Assembly (NCBI GenBank): GCA_963743525.1
Contig: CAVUQH010000004.1
Span: forward strand, 256,001 to 320,000
Direction of reading: 5' to 3'
From: an uncultured delta proteobacterium
GTDB lineage: Bacteria > Myxococcota_A > Polyangia > Haliangiales > Haliangiaceae
Length of the DNA: 64,000 nucleotides
A program made the position numbers and the translations under genes. Positions 1 through 16,186 of the stretch are shown here, piece by piece; the stretch's first letter is position 1; every line of letters starts with the position of its first letter. The notes under the pieces are model-generated. The model searched no databases and had not been told where the DNA came from. It saw only the letters and a program-made list of their open reading frames with translations.

Positions 1-488
1 GTCTTGCCGCGGTAGTTCTCGCCGCTGTCGGGGTCATAGAAGTGCGACTCCCAGGTGGCGCCGGACAGCGCGATCCGCCATTCGCTCGCGCCCGGGTAGA
101 GATTCGAGTAGCCGTCGTGGTACGGCGCCTTGTAGTCGGCGTCGAACAGCCCCTGCTGCCAGCGGGACTGGCAGACTGGATCGGTGAGCCGCTCGTAGGC
201 CGCGGCCGCGCTCGGCTGGTCAGTGTGGCGGGACAGGATGTCGATCGCGCGGTCGACGATCCACAGGTGCGTGCTGCTGGCCTCTTCGCCGGTCAACGCG
301 GTCTCCCAGCGGATGACGCCGGGAGGCTGGTCGACCTCGGCCGGAACCTCGGCAGCGGGCGATCCGACCTCGACGCCCGGCGCGATACCGGACGGCGACG
401 AATCCCCATCGGCGAGGCAGCCGGGGAAGAGCAACGCTGCGGAGGAGAGCAAGAAGGCGGGGACGACGAGCGTTCTGTGGGGGGACAT
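1..488 (-). CDS. plc: Zinc-dependent phospholipase C (Bacillus PC-PLC family), runs off the window edge
   Basis: Manual translation from ATG 488 (not in ORF track): MSPHRTLVVPAFLLSSAALLFPGC...VIR-WETALTGEEASSTHLWIVDRAIDILSRH...GLFDADYKAPYHD...WESHFYDPDSGENY. Matches the N-terminal Trp, HLWIVxRAIDI, ADY and SHFYDPD motifs of B. cereus PLC. Confidence 0.85.
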   Translation of the reverse strand, partial: MSPHRTLVVPAFLLSSAALLFPGCLADGDSSPSGIAPGVEVGSPAAEVPAEVDQPPGVIRWETALTGEEASSTHLWIVDRAIDILSRHTDQPSAAAAYERLTDPVCQSRWQQGLFDADYKAPYHDGYSNLYPGASEWRIALSGATWESHFYDPDSGENYRGK

Positions 489-650
489 GGCGCGAGCCGT
501 ATCACAAAACTTCCCCGACCGAGATATCTAAGCGCCATTCATCCGACGAATCGCCACACGACGACTGCGCCGCTGCTCCCTTTGGATTGCACGGGTTCCG
601 CGGCCTGGCCGAGGGCGGCGACGACAGCAAGTGCCGCCTCGCGGGCTGCA

Positions 651-679
651 CAACGCGTTCAACGTTTTGAACAGCGTTG
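651..679. promoter_or_regulatory. Imperfect inverted repeat in a divergent intergenic region, possible transcription-factor or enhancer site
   Basis: CAACGC-GTTCAA-cgtt-TTGAAC-a-GCGTTG. Confidence 0.35.
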
Positions 680-745
680 GACTGTCGCGTGCAGATATTG
701 AACGTCGCCGGTTCCTCTCGTTCGTGATTTCGCAGCGCTGTGACG

Positions 746-761
746 TGGCGCAGAAGCTGCA
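746..761 (+). promoter_or_regulatory. Putative sigma54 (-24/-12) promoter
   Basis: TGGCGC-N5-CTGCA (GG-N10-GC), about 30 nt before ATG 792, with a purine-rich RBS (AAGGGGG). Confidence 0.35.
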
Positions 762-791
762 ATTGCACAACGGATAAGGGGGATTACCAGC

Positions 792-1409
792 ATGACCAGG
801 CATTTCACCATCTCGCTCTGCGCGCTATTGCTCGCCGGCTGTCTCGACCTGGAGGACGGAGAGATCGACGAGGATGTCGGACAGACCACGCAGGCGCTCA
901 GCTACAACTACATCACCCAGGGGCAGTTGAACACGGCGGTGGCGCGGGCCAACGGCGGCCTGTACGTCAACGGACGGTACGTCGCGCAAGGCTCCTGCAC
1001 TTACGAGTGGATGTGTTACGCCGACGAATGGGACTGGTGGAACACGCCGTTCGTGTCGTGCACGTCGAGCTACTGGTCCGACACCTGCCTGGGGCCCGGA
1101 GGCAACCCGTTCTACAACTGCAACTGGAGCCGATACCAGCAGGACTACTACGACGGGTTCACGTTCGGCGCGTGCAACTCTTCTGCGTGGGGACAGATCT
1201 TCTCGGGGTCACTGAACTACGGCGGTGGGCTGGCGCCGTTTACCGATCGCTACGACTCGAGGATGAGAGCCTCCGGATTCACCCTCTCCGGCCACCATCC
1301 CTACTACTGCGTGCGGGGAACCGACGGCGTGGTGCGCACGTATCAGGGTCACTCGACGGCCGACAACTGCAGCTCGCACGGCTACTCGCGCCTGTACGTC
1401 GTCCAGTGA
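792..1409 (+). CDS. Secreted Cys/Trp/Tyr-rich lipoprotein of unknown function
   Basis: Lipobox LLAGC, acidic pro-region ending TTQAL, mature part rich in Cys and aromatic residues. Confidence 0.7.
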   Translation: MTRHFTISLCALLLAGCLDLEDGEIDEDVGQTTQALSYNYITQGQLNTAVARANGGLYVNGRYVAQGSCTYEWMCYADEWDWWNTPFVSCTSSYWSDTCLGPGGNPFYNCNWSRYQQDYYDGFTFGACNSSAWGQIFSGSLNYGGGLAPFTDRYDSRMRASGFTLSGHHPYYCVRGTDGVVRTYQGHSTADNCSSHGYSRLYVVQ

Positions 1410-1440
1410 TGCGCTCGCCGCCGGTCTGGTGCGCAAACGG

Positions 1441-2646
1441 CTAGCCGAGGGCGGAGTGGAACTCGGCGGCGCTCTTGGGCCGGTCGCGTGGGTCCTTGGC
1501 CAGGGCAGCCAGGATCATGGCGTCGAGCTCTTTGCTGATGGCCGGGCTCAGCTCGCGCGCTGGACGAGGCGCCTCGGAGCAGTGGGCGAAGCCGATGGCG
1601 ATCGGGTTGTCGCCGGTGAACGGCGGCCGCCCGGTGGCGGCGTGGTAGGTCAACGCGCCCAGCGAGTAGATGTCGCTGCGGGCGTCGACCTCGGCGCCGC
1701 GGACCTGCTCCGGCGACATGTAGAACGGCGTGCCCAGCATGATGCCGGTGGCGGTGAGCGAGGCCATGAACGCGGTCTTGGCCAGGCCGAAGTCGATGAT
1801 CTTGACCGCGTTGCGCGGCCCGATCAGCACGTTCTGCGGCTTGAGGTCGCGGTGGATGACCCCGGCACGGTGGGCGGCGTCGAGGCCGTCGCACACCTGA
1901 CCGATGATGTCGTGCAGGTCCTTGTCGCTCAGCGCGCCGCGGCTGCCAAGATGCTCGGCCAGGGTGCGTCCCGCGAAATACTCCATCGACAGGAACAGCA
2001 GGCCGCCGTTGGCCTCGCCCAGATCGTGGATGCGGATGACGTTGGCGTGCGACACCTTGCGCGCCGCCGACGCCTCGCGGCGGAAACGATCGATGAGCTC
2101 GGTGGTGTCGGTGGCGAACGCCGACGACATCACCTTGAGCGCCACCTCCTCGCCCAGCACTTCGTCGTCGGCCAGGTAGACCGCGCCCATTCCGCCGCGG
2201 CCGAGCAGGCGGCCGATGCGATAGCGGTTGGCCAGCACCATGCCGGCGGTGAGCTCCGGCGCCGTGGTCTGGCGCAGCTCCTCGGCCTTGGCCGCCAGCG
2301 CGTCGGCCGGGCGCCGGCCCGAGGTCAATGTCTGATCGGTGGAGATGTCTTTCTTCGCCGGCTCTGCGCTCGCCGCTCCGTCGCCCGGCGCCGGGGGCAG
2401 CTGGCGGCTGGCGCTGGTCAGCCTGGCGATGCGCAGGTTGAGCTCGTAGTCGACGCTGGTGACGATCGACTCGAGGTTCTCCACCCGCGCCTGCAAGAGC
2501 TTCCGCTCCTTCTCGAGGTTCTCGATCTGCTTGGGATCGCTGTCGCCCTCGAGCGCCTTCTCCTTGAGATCGAAGCGCCGCTTGAGCCAGTAGAACGGCG
2601 GCCCGAAGACCATCAAGATCGCGATGATTCCGACGATGTCGTCCAT
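1441..2646 (-). CDS. Ser/Thr protein kinase with N-terminal TM and coiled coil (PspB-like)
   Basis: GRGGMGAVY, VALK, HRDLKPQN, DFG and YMSPEQ all intact; N-terminal TM followed by RVENLESIV. Confidence 0.9.
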   Translation of the reverse strand: MDDIVGIIAILMVFGPPFYWLKRRFDLKEKALEGDSDPKQIENLEKERKLLQARVENLESIVTSVDYELNLRIARLTSASRQLPPAPGDGAASAEPAKKDISTDQTLTSGRRPADALAAKAEELRQTTAPELTAGMVLANRYRIGRLLGRGGMGAVYLADDEVLGEEVALKVMSSAFATDTTELIDRFRREASAARKVSHANVIRIHDLGEANGGLLFLSMEYFAGRTLAEHLGSRGALSDKDLHDIIGQVCDGLDAAHRAGVIHRDLKPQNVLIGPRNAVKIIDFGLAKTAFMASLTATGIMLGTPFYMSPEQVRGAEVDARSDIYSLGALTYHAATGRPPFTGDNPIAIGFAHCSEAPRPARELSPAISKELDAMILAALAKDPRDRPKSAAEFHSALG

Positions 2647-2659
2647 GCGCCCCCGCGGT

Positions 2660-5527
<2,868 letters not shown>

Positions 5528-5605
5528 GGCGTGGGCTCCTCGGGCCCCATATACCACGCCCGCCCCACAGCTCGGCAGAGCCGCCGCGCGCCCGCCGCAA
5601 CAGCC

Positions 5606-6186
5606 TCAGGTGAGCCGGGCGAGCAGCTCGGCCGGGGTGGCGGCGGCGGCGCGAACGGCCACCGCCAGCGGCTCCCGCGGCGCGAACGCCGGGCCGATCT
5701 CGACCTCGCCGTCCCCCCACAGGCGGGCGGCGAAGGCGCGCACGGCCGGGGCGAACGCCTGGTACGCGGCGTCGTCTCCGGACGCGGCCCGCCGGCTCAT
5801 CACCGTGATCAGGGCGCGGTCACCGGCAAAGCGAAGGGTGCCGCCCAGGGCCGGCTCGGCCTCGAGCGCGACCGCCGCGCGCAGGAGGTTGCGGAACGCC
5901 TCCTCCAGCTTGCCCTGCGGCTCGCCCAGCGGGTCGCGCTTGCGCGCGTAGACCAGACCGGTGCGCCCGCCCTCGTCCATGCGCCACTGCGCGCCGTCGG
6001 CGATCAGCATGACGCCGGGACCACCGGGGACGTGGCGGTAGTCGGCGACGTCGATCAGCCGGGCGTCGGTGCCCAGTCGATCTTCCTGGATCCACCGGTG
6101 GAAGATCGGGATCAGCGCGGCCTGGTCAACGGTCGCGCCGTCGGCGAGCTCGAGCTTGACCTCGAGCTGCTGCACCTCGGGCGCGC

Positions 6187-6190
<4 letters not shown>
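5606..6190 (-). CDS. Conserved-looking hypothetical protein coupled to the nitrite/sulfite reductase
   Basis: GTG start overlaps the reductase stop; IPIFHRWIQ...LIDVADYRHVPGGPGVMLI; coding-like codon usage. Confidence 0.7.
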
Positions 6191-8440
<2,250 letters not shown>

Positions 8441-8582
8441 GGCTGCTCCTTGTCTCTCTGGAACCATTCTTTATCGGAGAACGGGAGATTGTCAAACGCA
8501 AAGATTCCCGTCATCTATGAACGCAACTCGGGCCCTTCCAGGGTTATTCCCCGGTGAATCGTGCGAGTTTACGCGCGACGGC

Positions 8583-9821
8583 TCAGGGAACCGTCCAGGC
8601 CGGTTTTCCCGTGGCCCGGTCGTAGACGAGCAGGTGGCTCCAGCGCGACACCAGAACCCGAGTCGGCGACATTCTGACCGCCGACATCGGGCTGTCCCCC
8701 GCCACCGCGATGTCCCAGCGCCGCTTGCCGTCGGCGCCGAACAGGGTCAGCCGGAAGCGGTGCGTCTTCTTGGTCTCGTAGGCGACCGCCACCCCGTCGC
8801 CGTCAACGGCGACGTCCTGGGCGTCCGGGTCGTCGGCCTTCACGCCCAGCGGATCGCTGGCCGGGACCGTGGCGACCCACGACGGCGTCGTATCGCCCGG
8901 CCGGTACGAGGCGATCATCGGCACCTGCGTGCCCTTCTCCTTGTGGCCGACGGCGATGGTGATGTCGCCGGGCGGGTAGTGGATCGCCTCGTCGGCGTCG
9001 ATGCCCTGCAGGTGACGCGGTGCCTGGTCGCGGAAGTCGTTGTGCCAGGCGTACAGCACCCGGTCGGGGCCGTCGCCGTTGGTCGAGTCGTTGGCCACCG
9101 GCTGGCAGCTGCCGCTCGCCGGCCCCTTGACCGAGCCGTCGGCGACGACGATCTCCTGCATGCGCTCGTCGGCGGTCTCGACCAGAGCCGTGGTGTCGTC
9201 CGCGGCGGCGCAGATCCGCACGACCTTCTCGCTCAGGCGAATCTTCCAGCGGATGGTGCCGTCGGTGGTGGACACGGCCATCAGCTCGCCCGGCGTGCCG
9301 CCGAGCAGCACCGTCTTCCCGACCAGGCCGGAGACCGTGTTGTAGTACTCCGTGTAGGTGCCCAGCGGCTGGGTCTGCCACAGGCGGTGACCGTCGGCGC
9401 CGGAGTACGCCGCCAGGTAGAGCCGGTCCGGCTGCAGCGTCCGGGTGCGGCCCACCGCGTCGGGGTTGCCGTCGCCGTCGACGTCGGCGACGATCACCCC
9501 GTTGACGCCGTTCCACTGGTGCTGGCGCAGCGTGTCGGCCGCGCAGCTGGCGCACGAGCGCCCGGCGACGACGATCGGCACCACGATGCCGGCGAGGATG
9601 CCCAGGCCGGCGACGCAGCCGATGGCGCCCACGGTCCGCTTGGGCACGGCCACCGGCAGCTGCTGCCGCTGCGGCGGAAGCGGCCGGGGAATCTGCAGGA
9701 CCCGCGACCGCCGCTGCACGTACGCCGTGGTGCCGCAGTAGGCGCACGTAGCGGTGTCGCTACCGGCGTCGGCCCGGACGTCGGCACCACAGTTCGGACA
9801 CTTGATGGCGACCGCGCGCAT
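8583..9821 (-). CDS. Membrane protein with N-terminal Zn ribbon, one TM and a PQQ/BamB-like beta-propeller
   Basis: CPNC...CAYC, TM segment, repeated xDGxxxW blades. Confidence 0.75.
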   Translation of the reverse strand: MRAVAIKCPNCGADVRADAGSDTATCAYCGTTAYVQRRSRVLQIPRPLPPQRQQLPVAVPKRTVGAIGCVAGLGILAGIVVPIVVAGRSCASCAADTLRQHQWNGVNGVIVADVDGDGNPDAVGRTRTLQPDRLYLAAYSGADGHRLWQTQPLGTYTEYYNTVSGLVGKTVLLGGTPGELMAVSTTDGTIRWKIRLSEKVVRICAAADDTTALVETADERMQEIVVADGSVKGPASGSCQPVANDSTNGDGPDRVLYAWHNDFRDQAPRHLQGIDADEAIHYPPGDITIAVGHKEKGTQVPMIASYRPGDTTPSWVATVPASDPLGVKADDPDAQDVAVDGDGVAVAYETKKTHRFRLTLFGADGKRRWDIAVAGDSPMSAVRMSPTRVLVSRWSHLLVYDRATGKPAWTVP

Positions 9822-9883
9822 CTCTACAGCTCGCCCACGATATCACGGGGCGATCGGTAGAGACGCGCGGGCCGCGCGTGTGA

Positions 9884-10840
9884 CTAGTCGATCGGCGGGA
9901 AGCCCTGGCAGGCGCTGTCGAACGTGTCGAGGGCGTCCTGCAGGCCGATCGACAGGTCGGCCTCGCAGATCGAGCTGACCACGCCGTTGGTGCCGGCCAT
10001 CGACGCGAACTGCTTGAGCCGCTTGGCCTCCTGGGCCCCTCCGAAGTCGCTCGAGCAGTCGGTGACACCGGCAATCACTGCCACCGCCCAGCGACCGGCC
10101 CCGCCGGTGTACTGGTCGAGGAAGTTCTTGTAGGTGTCGACCGCCTCCATCTGATCGGTGCACAGCGTCTGACCCAGCCCCAGCGTCACGCTCTGCTCGT
10201 AGGAGCAGTCGTCCTCGTCGGTGAGGATGACGATGGCCAGCAGCGCGTCGTCGCGATGAAAGCCGGCGTTGGTGCCGTCGGCCATGCGATCCGCGAACGT
10301 CTTGTGCACCGCTGCCAGCGGCATCTCGTCGGCCGGGCCGTCGGCGCCGACTTCCGCGGCGCACGAGAAGGTGGCGCTTCGGTTGCTGTCGCCACCCTCG
10401 ACCCAGCGGCGGGTCATGTCACAGCGCTGCAGCAGCGCGCCGTTGTCACCGCCGGTCTGCGACTGCGGAAGCGTGAAGCCACCCAGGTCCATCGTGTAGG
10501 TGTAGTCGATGCCGGTGGTGGTGATGCCGACGCGGTAGTCGAGCGGCGGATCGTAGTTGTCGAGCACCTGGATGAACTGCGGGAAGTTGTCGGCCAGGTT
10601 GGTCTGCTCCTGGCCCATCGACCCGGAGTTGTCGACCACGAACAAGATGTCCATCTTGTCGCAGGCCTGAACCGGCGCCGCGTCCGCGAACTCGCCCGGC
10701 GGCTGCCAGTTGGCATCGGGCCAGTTGCCGCCTCCGCCACCGTCGGCGCCGCCGCCGTTGCCGTTGCCCCCGTTGCCGGGAGCCGTGGGACCGCATGCAG
10801 AAATGAAGAATAAAGCCAGAACCGAGCCGAGACGACGCAT
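9884..10840 (-). CDS. vWA-domain lipoprotein (CglB-like architecture)
   Basis: Lipobox ISAC, MIDAS motif DILFVVDNSGSM, LTDEDD, several Cys. Confidence 0.8.
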   Translation of the reverse strand: MRRLGSVLALFFISACGPTAPGNGGNGNGGGADGGGGGNWPDANWQPPGEFADAAPVQACDKMDILFVVDNSGSMGQEQTNLADNFPQFIQVLDNYDPPLDYRVGITTTGIDYTYTMDLGGFTLPQSQTGGDNGALLQRCDMTRRWVEGGDSNRSATFSCAAEVGADGPADEMPLAAVHKTFADRMADGTNAGFHRDDALLAIVILTDEDDCSYEQSVTLGLGQTLCTDQMEAVDTYKNFLDQYTGGAGRWAVAVIAGVTDCSSDFGGAQEAKRLKQFASMAGTNGVVSSICEADLSIGLQDALDTFDSACQGFPPID

Positions 10841-11032
10841 CGAACAAGCCTCCCAGATAGCGTTGCTCCCTCGCGGCCGGCAAGGTAGCACGCGCCGATC
10901 TGGCCCCGTTCAGGGAAGCTGCTGACAGCCTCTGTGCTGCCCTGGATCTGTCTCGGGCGACCGAAAAAGGAAGACGCGCCCCCAGAAACTCCAAGGGCGC
11001 GCCATCACTGCCGGTATGGATGTAGGTGCGCT

Positions 11033-12604
11033 TTAGAAAAGGTAACCCAGCGTAGCGCTTCCGCTGAGGTACTTGTCGAGGGCTCCGCCGACGTCAACCG
11101 TGTTGGGATCGCCGTCGCGCATGACCGTCATGTCGCCGTCGCCCTGGAACTGGTAGCCGACGGCGGTGAAGCGCGCGGCCACGGTCAGCATGTAGCGCTT
11201 GGCGAACAGGTACTCCAGGCCGCCATCGGCGTCGACGCCGGTCAGCTTGGCGGTGCCGTACTGATCCCGCTGCTGGACCTCGCCGGCGCCGGTGATGAGC
11301 AGCGCGCGGACGCCGGCGAACACCGAGATCTTCGGGGTCACCGGGTAGCGGCCGGCCAGGCCGGGGTCGAAGTAGGTGTACGAGGTGTTGGGCAGATCGA
11401 CGACCACGTCGGTCGGCTTGTCAACCTTGAACTGCAGGCGGCCGTAGCCGACGCTCAGCTGGATCGACGGGCCCTTGTCGCCGAAGTTGTGGCGAAGGAT
11501 GGCGCTGGCGCCGTAGCGCATCTCGGTGGTGGCCAGGTTGGCGCTCATGCCGCCGCCGTCGAGGATGGCGGTCTGCAGGCCGAACACGTACTCGGCCTCG
11601 AAGCCGATGCCGAGGTTCGGCCCCAGGCCCTTGGTCTTGCCGTCCTTGGCCAGAGGATAGAGCTCGCCGGAGACGCGCGCGGCCGGTGCGGCCGGGCCCT
11701 TGTAGCCCTTGGGCGCGTCGGTCAGATCGGAGCGGTAGGTGAACGCCAGGGTACGGTCGACCACGCTGGCGCCGGCTGACACGATCATCACGCCGTTGCG
11801 GCGGCGCTCGGCGGCGGTGCGGTTGTCGGCGGGGCCGGGCTCGTTGCGATCGCCCATGTCGTCATCGACGCCGACGTCCTCGTCGCGCGAGGCGGTGCGG
11901 ACATCGTCGTCCTCGTCGCGGATCGCCTCGCCGTCGTCCTCGACCGGCTCGTCGCTGATCTCGTCGTCGCGCGACCGCTTGCGGTCGCGGGACCGCGAGC
12001 TGCGGCGCTGTTCGCGGCGGGCGGTGCGGCGGGAGCGGCTGGCGCGCTTGCTCGGCCGGTCGCTCAGCTCGTCGTCGCCGTCGCCGACCGCCGTGCGGGC
12101 GTTGTCCTGGGCATCGGCGTCCATGTCGTCGTCATCGCCGCTGTCGTTGAACTGCAGGTGATCGATCGCCGGCAGCAAGCGGCTGGCCAGCGCCTTGCGC
12201 AGGCGGCCGGGCAACGTCGGGCGCGACAGCCGAACGGCCAGCTTCTTGACCGTGCGACCGCTGGCGCCCTCGTGCAGGCGCAGGCGCAGGACGTAGCCGT
12301 CGTCGTCGGCGACGATCATGCTCTGCAGCACGCCGTCGGCCGAGATCTTGGCCGACACCCGTGCGACATCCTCGGGGCTCAGCTTGCGCGCCTTGAGGCG
12401 CCGGGCCGTTCGCGTATAGGTGCGCGACGAGATGACCCGGTTCTCCTTGCGGATGATCTCGGACAGGTCGTCTTGCAGCGACTTGTTGCGGGCGCCCTCG
12501 ACGTCGAGGACGACCACGCGTTTCTGCGCGCGGACCGTGGCGGGGGCAATGGAGACCGCCAGTGTGGCGGCCAATGCTGTCAGTATGATCTTCGTGGGGG
12601 TCAT
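11033..12604 (-). CDS. Outer-membrane protein with N-terminal alpha/beta domain, charged linker and C-terminal beta-barrel (GltC-like architecture)
   Basis: Signal peptide ending VRA-Q, D/R-rich linker, amphipathic strands, terminal GYLF. Confidence 0.7.
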   Translation of the reverse strand: MTPTKIILTALAATLAVSIAPATVRAQKRVVVLDVEGARNKSLQDDLSEIIRKENRVISSRTYTRTARRLKARKLSPEDVARVSAKISADGVLQSMIVADDDGYVLRLRLHEGASGRTVKKLAVRLSRPTLPGRLRKALASRLLPAIDHLQFNDSGDDDDMDADAQDNARTAVGDGDDELSDRPSKRASRSRRTARREQRRSSRSRDRKRSRDDEISDEPVEDDGEAIRDEDDDVRTASRDEDVGVDDDMGDRNEPGPADNRTAAERRRNGVMIVSAGASVVDRTLAFTYRSDLTDAPKGYKGPAAPAARVSGELYPLAKDGKTKGLGPNLGIGFEAEYVFGLQTAILDGGGMSANLATTEMRYGASAILRHNFGDKGPSIQLSVGYGRLQFKVDKPTDVVVDLPNTSYTYFDPGLAGRYPVTPKISVFAGVRALLITGAGEVQQRDQYGTAKLTGVDADGGLEYLFAKRYMLTVAARFTAVGYQFQGDGDMTVMRDGDPNTVDVGGALDKYLSGSATLGYLF

Positions 12605-12830
12605 GGGGTTCCCTCCCGGGTGGAACCAGTTGAAAAGGCGGCTATGGGCTCCTTCGTGCAAGGTCGATTCCAAGGCTGCAACTGCCAGGTAGCTGTGAAG
12701 TTCTGAGAACTTGGGTTCGCCTGGAGACAGCCGTAGTGGGCACTGGGGCCCCAGGTTGCGGCCCCAGTAGGAGATCCGCGCCGGTTGTCTCACCACCCCG
12801 GAGGCGCGGGTTAGACTGCTCCGGGTGGCG

Positions 12831-13322
12831 ATGCCCAAGCGCGCGAAATGGCTGGCCGCCCTGCTCTGCCTCGTCATGGCCGCGCCGGGCTGCTCGATCA
12901 TCCTGACCCACCGGGTGCCGTCCAACCAGCCGCCCGACGAATACCCGGACTGCACCTCGAGCCTGGCGCCGGCGGTGGCCGATACCATCTTCGCCGTCCT
13001 CTACAGCGTCGGCGGTGTGACCCTGCTGACCGCCAACGAGAGCGCCAACAACCAGGGCAAGAGCTTCGGCACCATGGGACTGGTGGCCGTCGCCCTCGCC
13101 CTGGTGCATACCGGCTCCGCCGGCTACGGCGCCTGGCAGCGCGGCCGCTGCGTCGCCGCCAAACGACGCGTGCCGCTGCCCGATCGCAACCACTACCAGA
13201 TCGACAAACCGGGCGCCGGCAGCCTGGGCGGCCCGTGCGAAGAAGACGGCACCTGCGAGGGCGAGCTAGAGTGCGATGCAACGATGCACGTCTGCATCGC
13301 CCCCACCTCTGACGACGACTAG
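12831..13322 (+). CDS. Hypothetical membrane lipoprotein with Cys-rich C-terminus
   Basis: APGC lipobox, two hydrophobic helices, GGPC..C..C..C tail. Confidence 0.65.
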   Translation: MPKRAKWLAALLCLVMAAPGCSIILTHRVPSNQPPDEYPDCTSSLAPAVADTIFAVLYSVGGVTLLTANESANNQGKSFGTMGLVAVALALVHTGSAGYGAWQRGRCVAAKRRVPLPDRNHYQIDKPGAGSLGGPCEEDGTCEGELECDATMHVCIAPTSDDD

Positions 13323-13333
13323 GCGGAGCGCAC

Positions 13334-14689
13334 GTGTACATCATCATCGTCGGCGCCGGCGAGGTCGGCACCTACCTGGCGCGCATCCTGTCCGAGGAGC
13401 AGCACGACGTCGCCGTGGTCGAGGCCGACGAGCAGCTGGCCCGCGACCTCGACGCCGAGATCGACGCGATGGTCATCCACGGCAGCGGCGTCAGCCACCG
13501 CGCGCTCGAGATGGCGGGCATCGGCCGCGCCGACCTCTTGCTCGCGGTCACGCAGATCGACGAGGTCAACCTGATCTCGTGCATGACCGCCAGCCGGCTG
13601 GGCAAGAAGGGCCTGCAGACGGTGGCCCGCGTGCGCGACACCGAATACCTGTCGGGCGAGACCCATTTCTCGGCCGAGGACCTGGGCCTCAGCCTGCTGG
13701 TCGGCCCCGAGCGAGCCACGGCGGCCGAGGTGGTCGAGCTGCTCAGCTACGAGGGGATGGGCGAGATCCATCACCTGGCCGACGGTCGCATCGCCCTGCT
13801 CGAGCTGCCGCTGGGCGCCGACTCGCCGCTGGTCCACGAGACCCTGGCCGAGCTGCACGAGGTGCTGCCGCAGCCGTCACTGATCGCGGCGGCGCGCGGC
13901 CCGGACGGCTTTCGCATCCCCCGCGGCGACGACCGCCTGACCCAGGACGACCGCGTCTACATCCTGACGTCGCCCGACATCATCGACGAGTGGTGGATCC
14001 TGTCCGGCCTGCCCTGGCACCACGTGCGCCACACGCACATCATCGGCTGCGGCGACATCGGCTTCCATCTGGCCCACCAGCTGGAGGCCAAGCGGATGGC
14101 CCCGTCGATCGTCGAGATCGACGTCAAGCGCGCCGAGTGGGCGGCCAACCAGCTGAAGAAGTCGATCGTCCGCGCCGGTGACGGCACCGATCCAGAGCTG
14201 CTCAAGGAGCTGCTCGAAGAGCGCAGCGACGCCGTGGTGGTGCTGATCGACGACGACGAGCGCGCGGTCCTGTGCGGGCTGTTCGCCAAGCACCTGGGAG
14301 CCAAGAAGGTAATCGTCCGCTCCGATACCACCGCCTATGCGCCGATCGCGCACAAGCTGGGGGTCGATGCGCTGATCTCGCCGCGGCGCGCAGTGGCCGA
14401 CGCCATCCTCCGGTTCGTCCGCCGGGGCCAGGTGGCCTCGGCGCACATGCTCGGCGATCACCAGGGCGAGATCCTCGAGCTGGAGGTGCCGGCCCAGCCC
14501 AAGCACCCCGAGATCGTCGGCACGCCGCTGCGCGACCTGCGCTTTCCCGCCGGCTCGCTGGTCGGCGCGGTGGTGCGCAAAGACGGCGTGGTCATCGCCT
14601 CGGGCGACACCGTGCTGGCGCCGGGAGACAGTCTGCTGGTCGTGGCCACCCCCGGCTGCATTCAGGAGCTCGAGCGTCTACTCGCGTGA
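13334..14689 (+). CDS. trkA: Trk potassium uptake system regulatory subunit
   Basis: Two RCK-N ([15 protein letters not shown]) and two RCK-C domains, 451 aa. Confidence 0.92.
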   Translation: MYIIIVGAGEVGTYLARILSEEQHDVAVVEADEQLARDLDAEIDAMVIHGSGVSHRALEMAGIGRADLLLAVTQIDEVNLISCMTASRLGKKGLQTVARVRDTEYLSGETHFSAEDLGLSLLVGPERATAAEVVELLSYEGMGEIHHLADGRIALLELPLGADSPLVHETLAELHEVLPQPSLIAAARGPDGFRIPRGDDRLTQDDRVYILTSPDIIDEWWILSGLPWHHVRHTHIIGCGDIGFHLAHQLEAKRMAPSIVEIDVKRAEWAANQLKKSIVRAGDGTDPELLKELLEERSDAVVVLIDDDERAVLCGLFAKHLGAKKVIVRSDTTAYAPIAHKLGVDALISPRRAVADAILRFVRRGQVASAHMLGDHQGEILELEVPAQPKHPEIVGTPLRDLRFPAGSLVGAVVRKDGVVIASGDTVLAPGDSLLVVATPGCIQELERLLA

Positions 14690-14717
14690 GCCGCCCGCGG
14701 CTTGCTATGCTCCCGTC

Positions 14718-15106
14718 GTGGCCGAGATTCGGGTCCTGGTAGTCGACGACGACGCGATGTTGTGCCGCAGCATCAGCCGGATGCTGCGCCCCTTCGACGT
14801 CACGCAGGCCGGCGGCGGCGCCGAGGCGCTGCAGATCCTCCAGGGCGGCGAGCCATTCGACGTCATTCTGTGCGACATCATGATGCCCGACATGTCGGGA
14901 CCCGAGCTGTACCAGGCGATGGCCGACGTCCGCCCGGAGCTGCAAGCGCGGGTCCTGTTCATGACCGGCGGCATGCTCGAGCGGGTGCGCCCGATGATGT
15001 CGGGAGTGCCGCAGCCGCTGATCGAGAAACCGTTCAGTCGCTCGGAGATCAAGCTGGCCGTCACGCGCATCGCCGAAAACGACGGCGACAGCGATGCCGA
15101 CGCCGG

Positions 15107-15110
<4 letters not shown>
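14718..15110 (+). CDS. Single-domain response regulator
   Basis: VLVVDDD, CDIMMP, MTG, EKPF. Confidence 0.9.
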
Positions 15111-16182
<1,072 letters not shown>

Positions 16183-16186
<4 letters not shown>

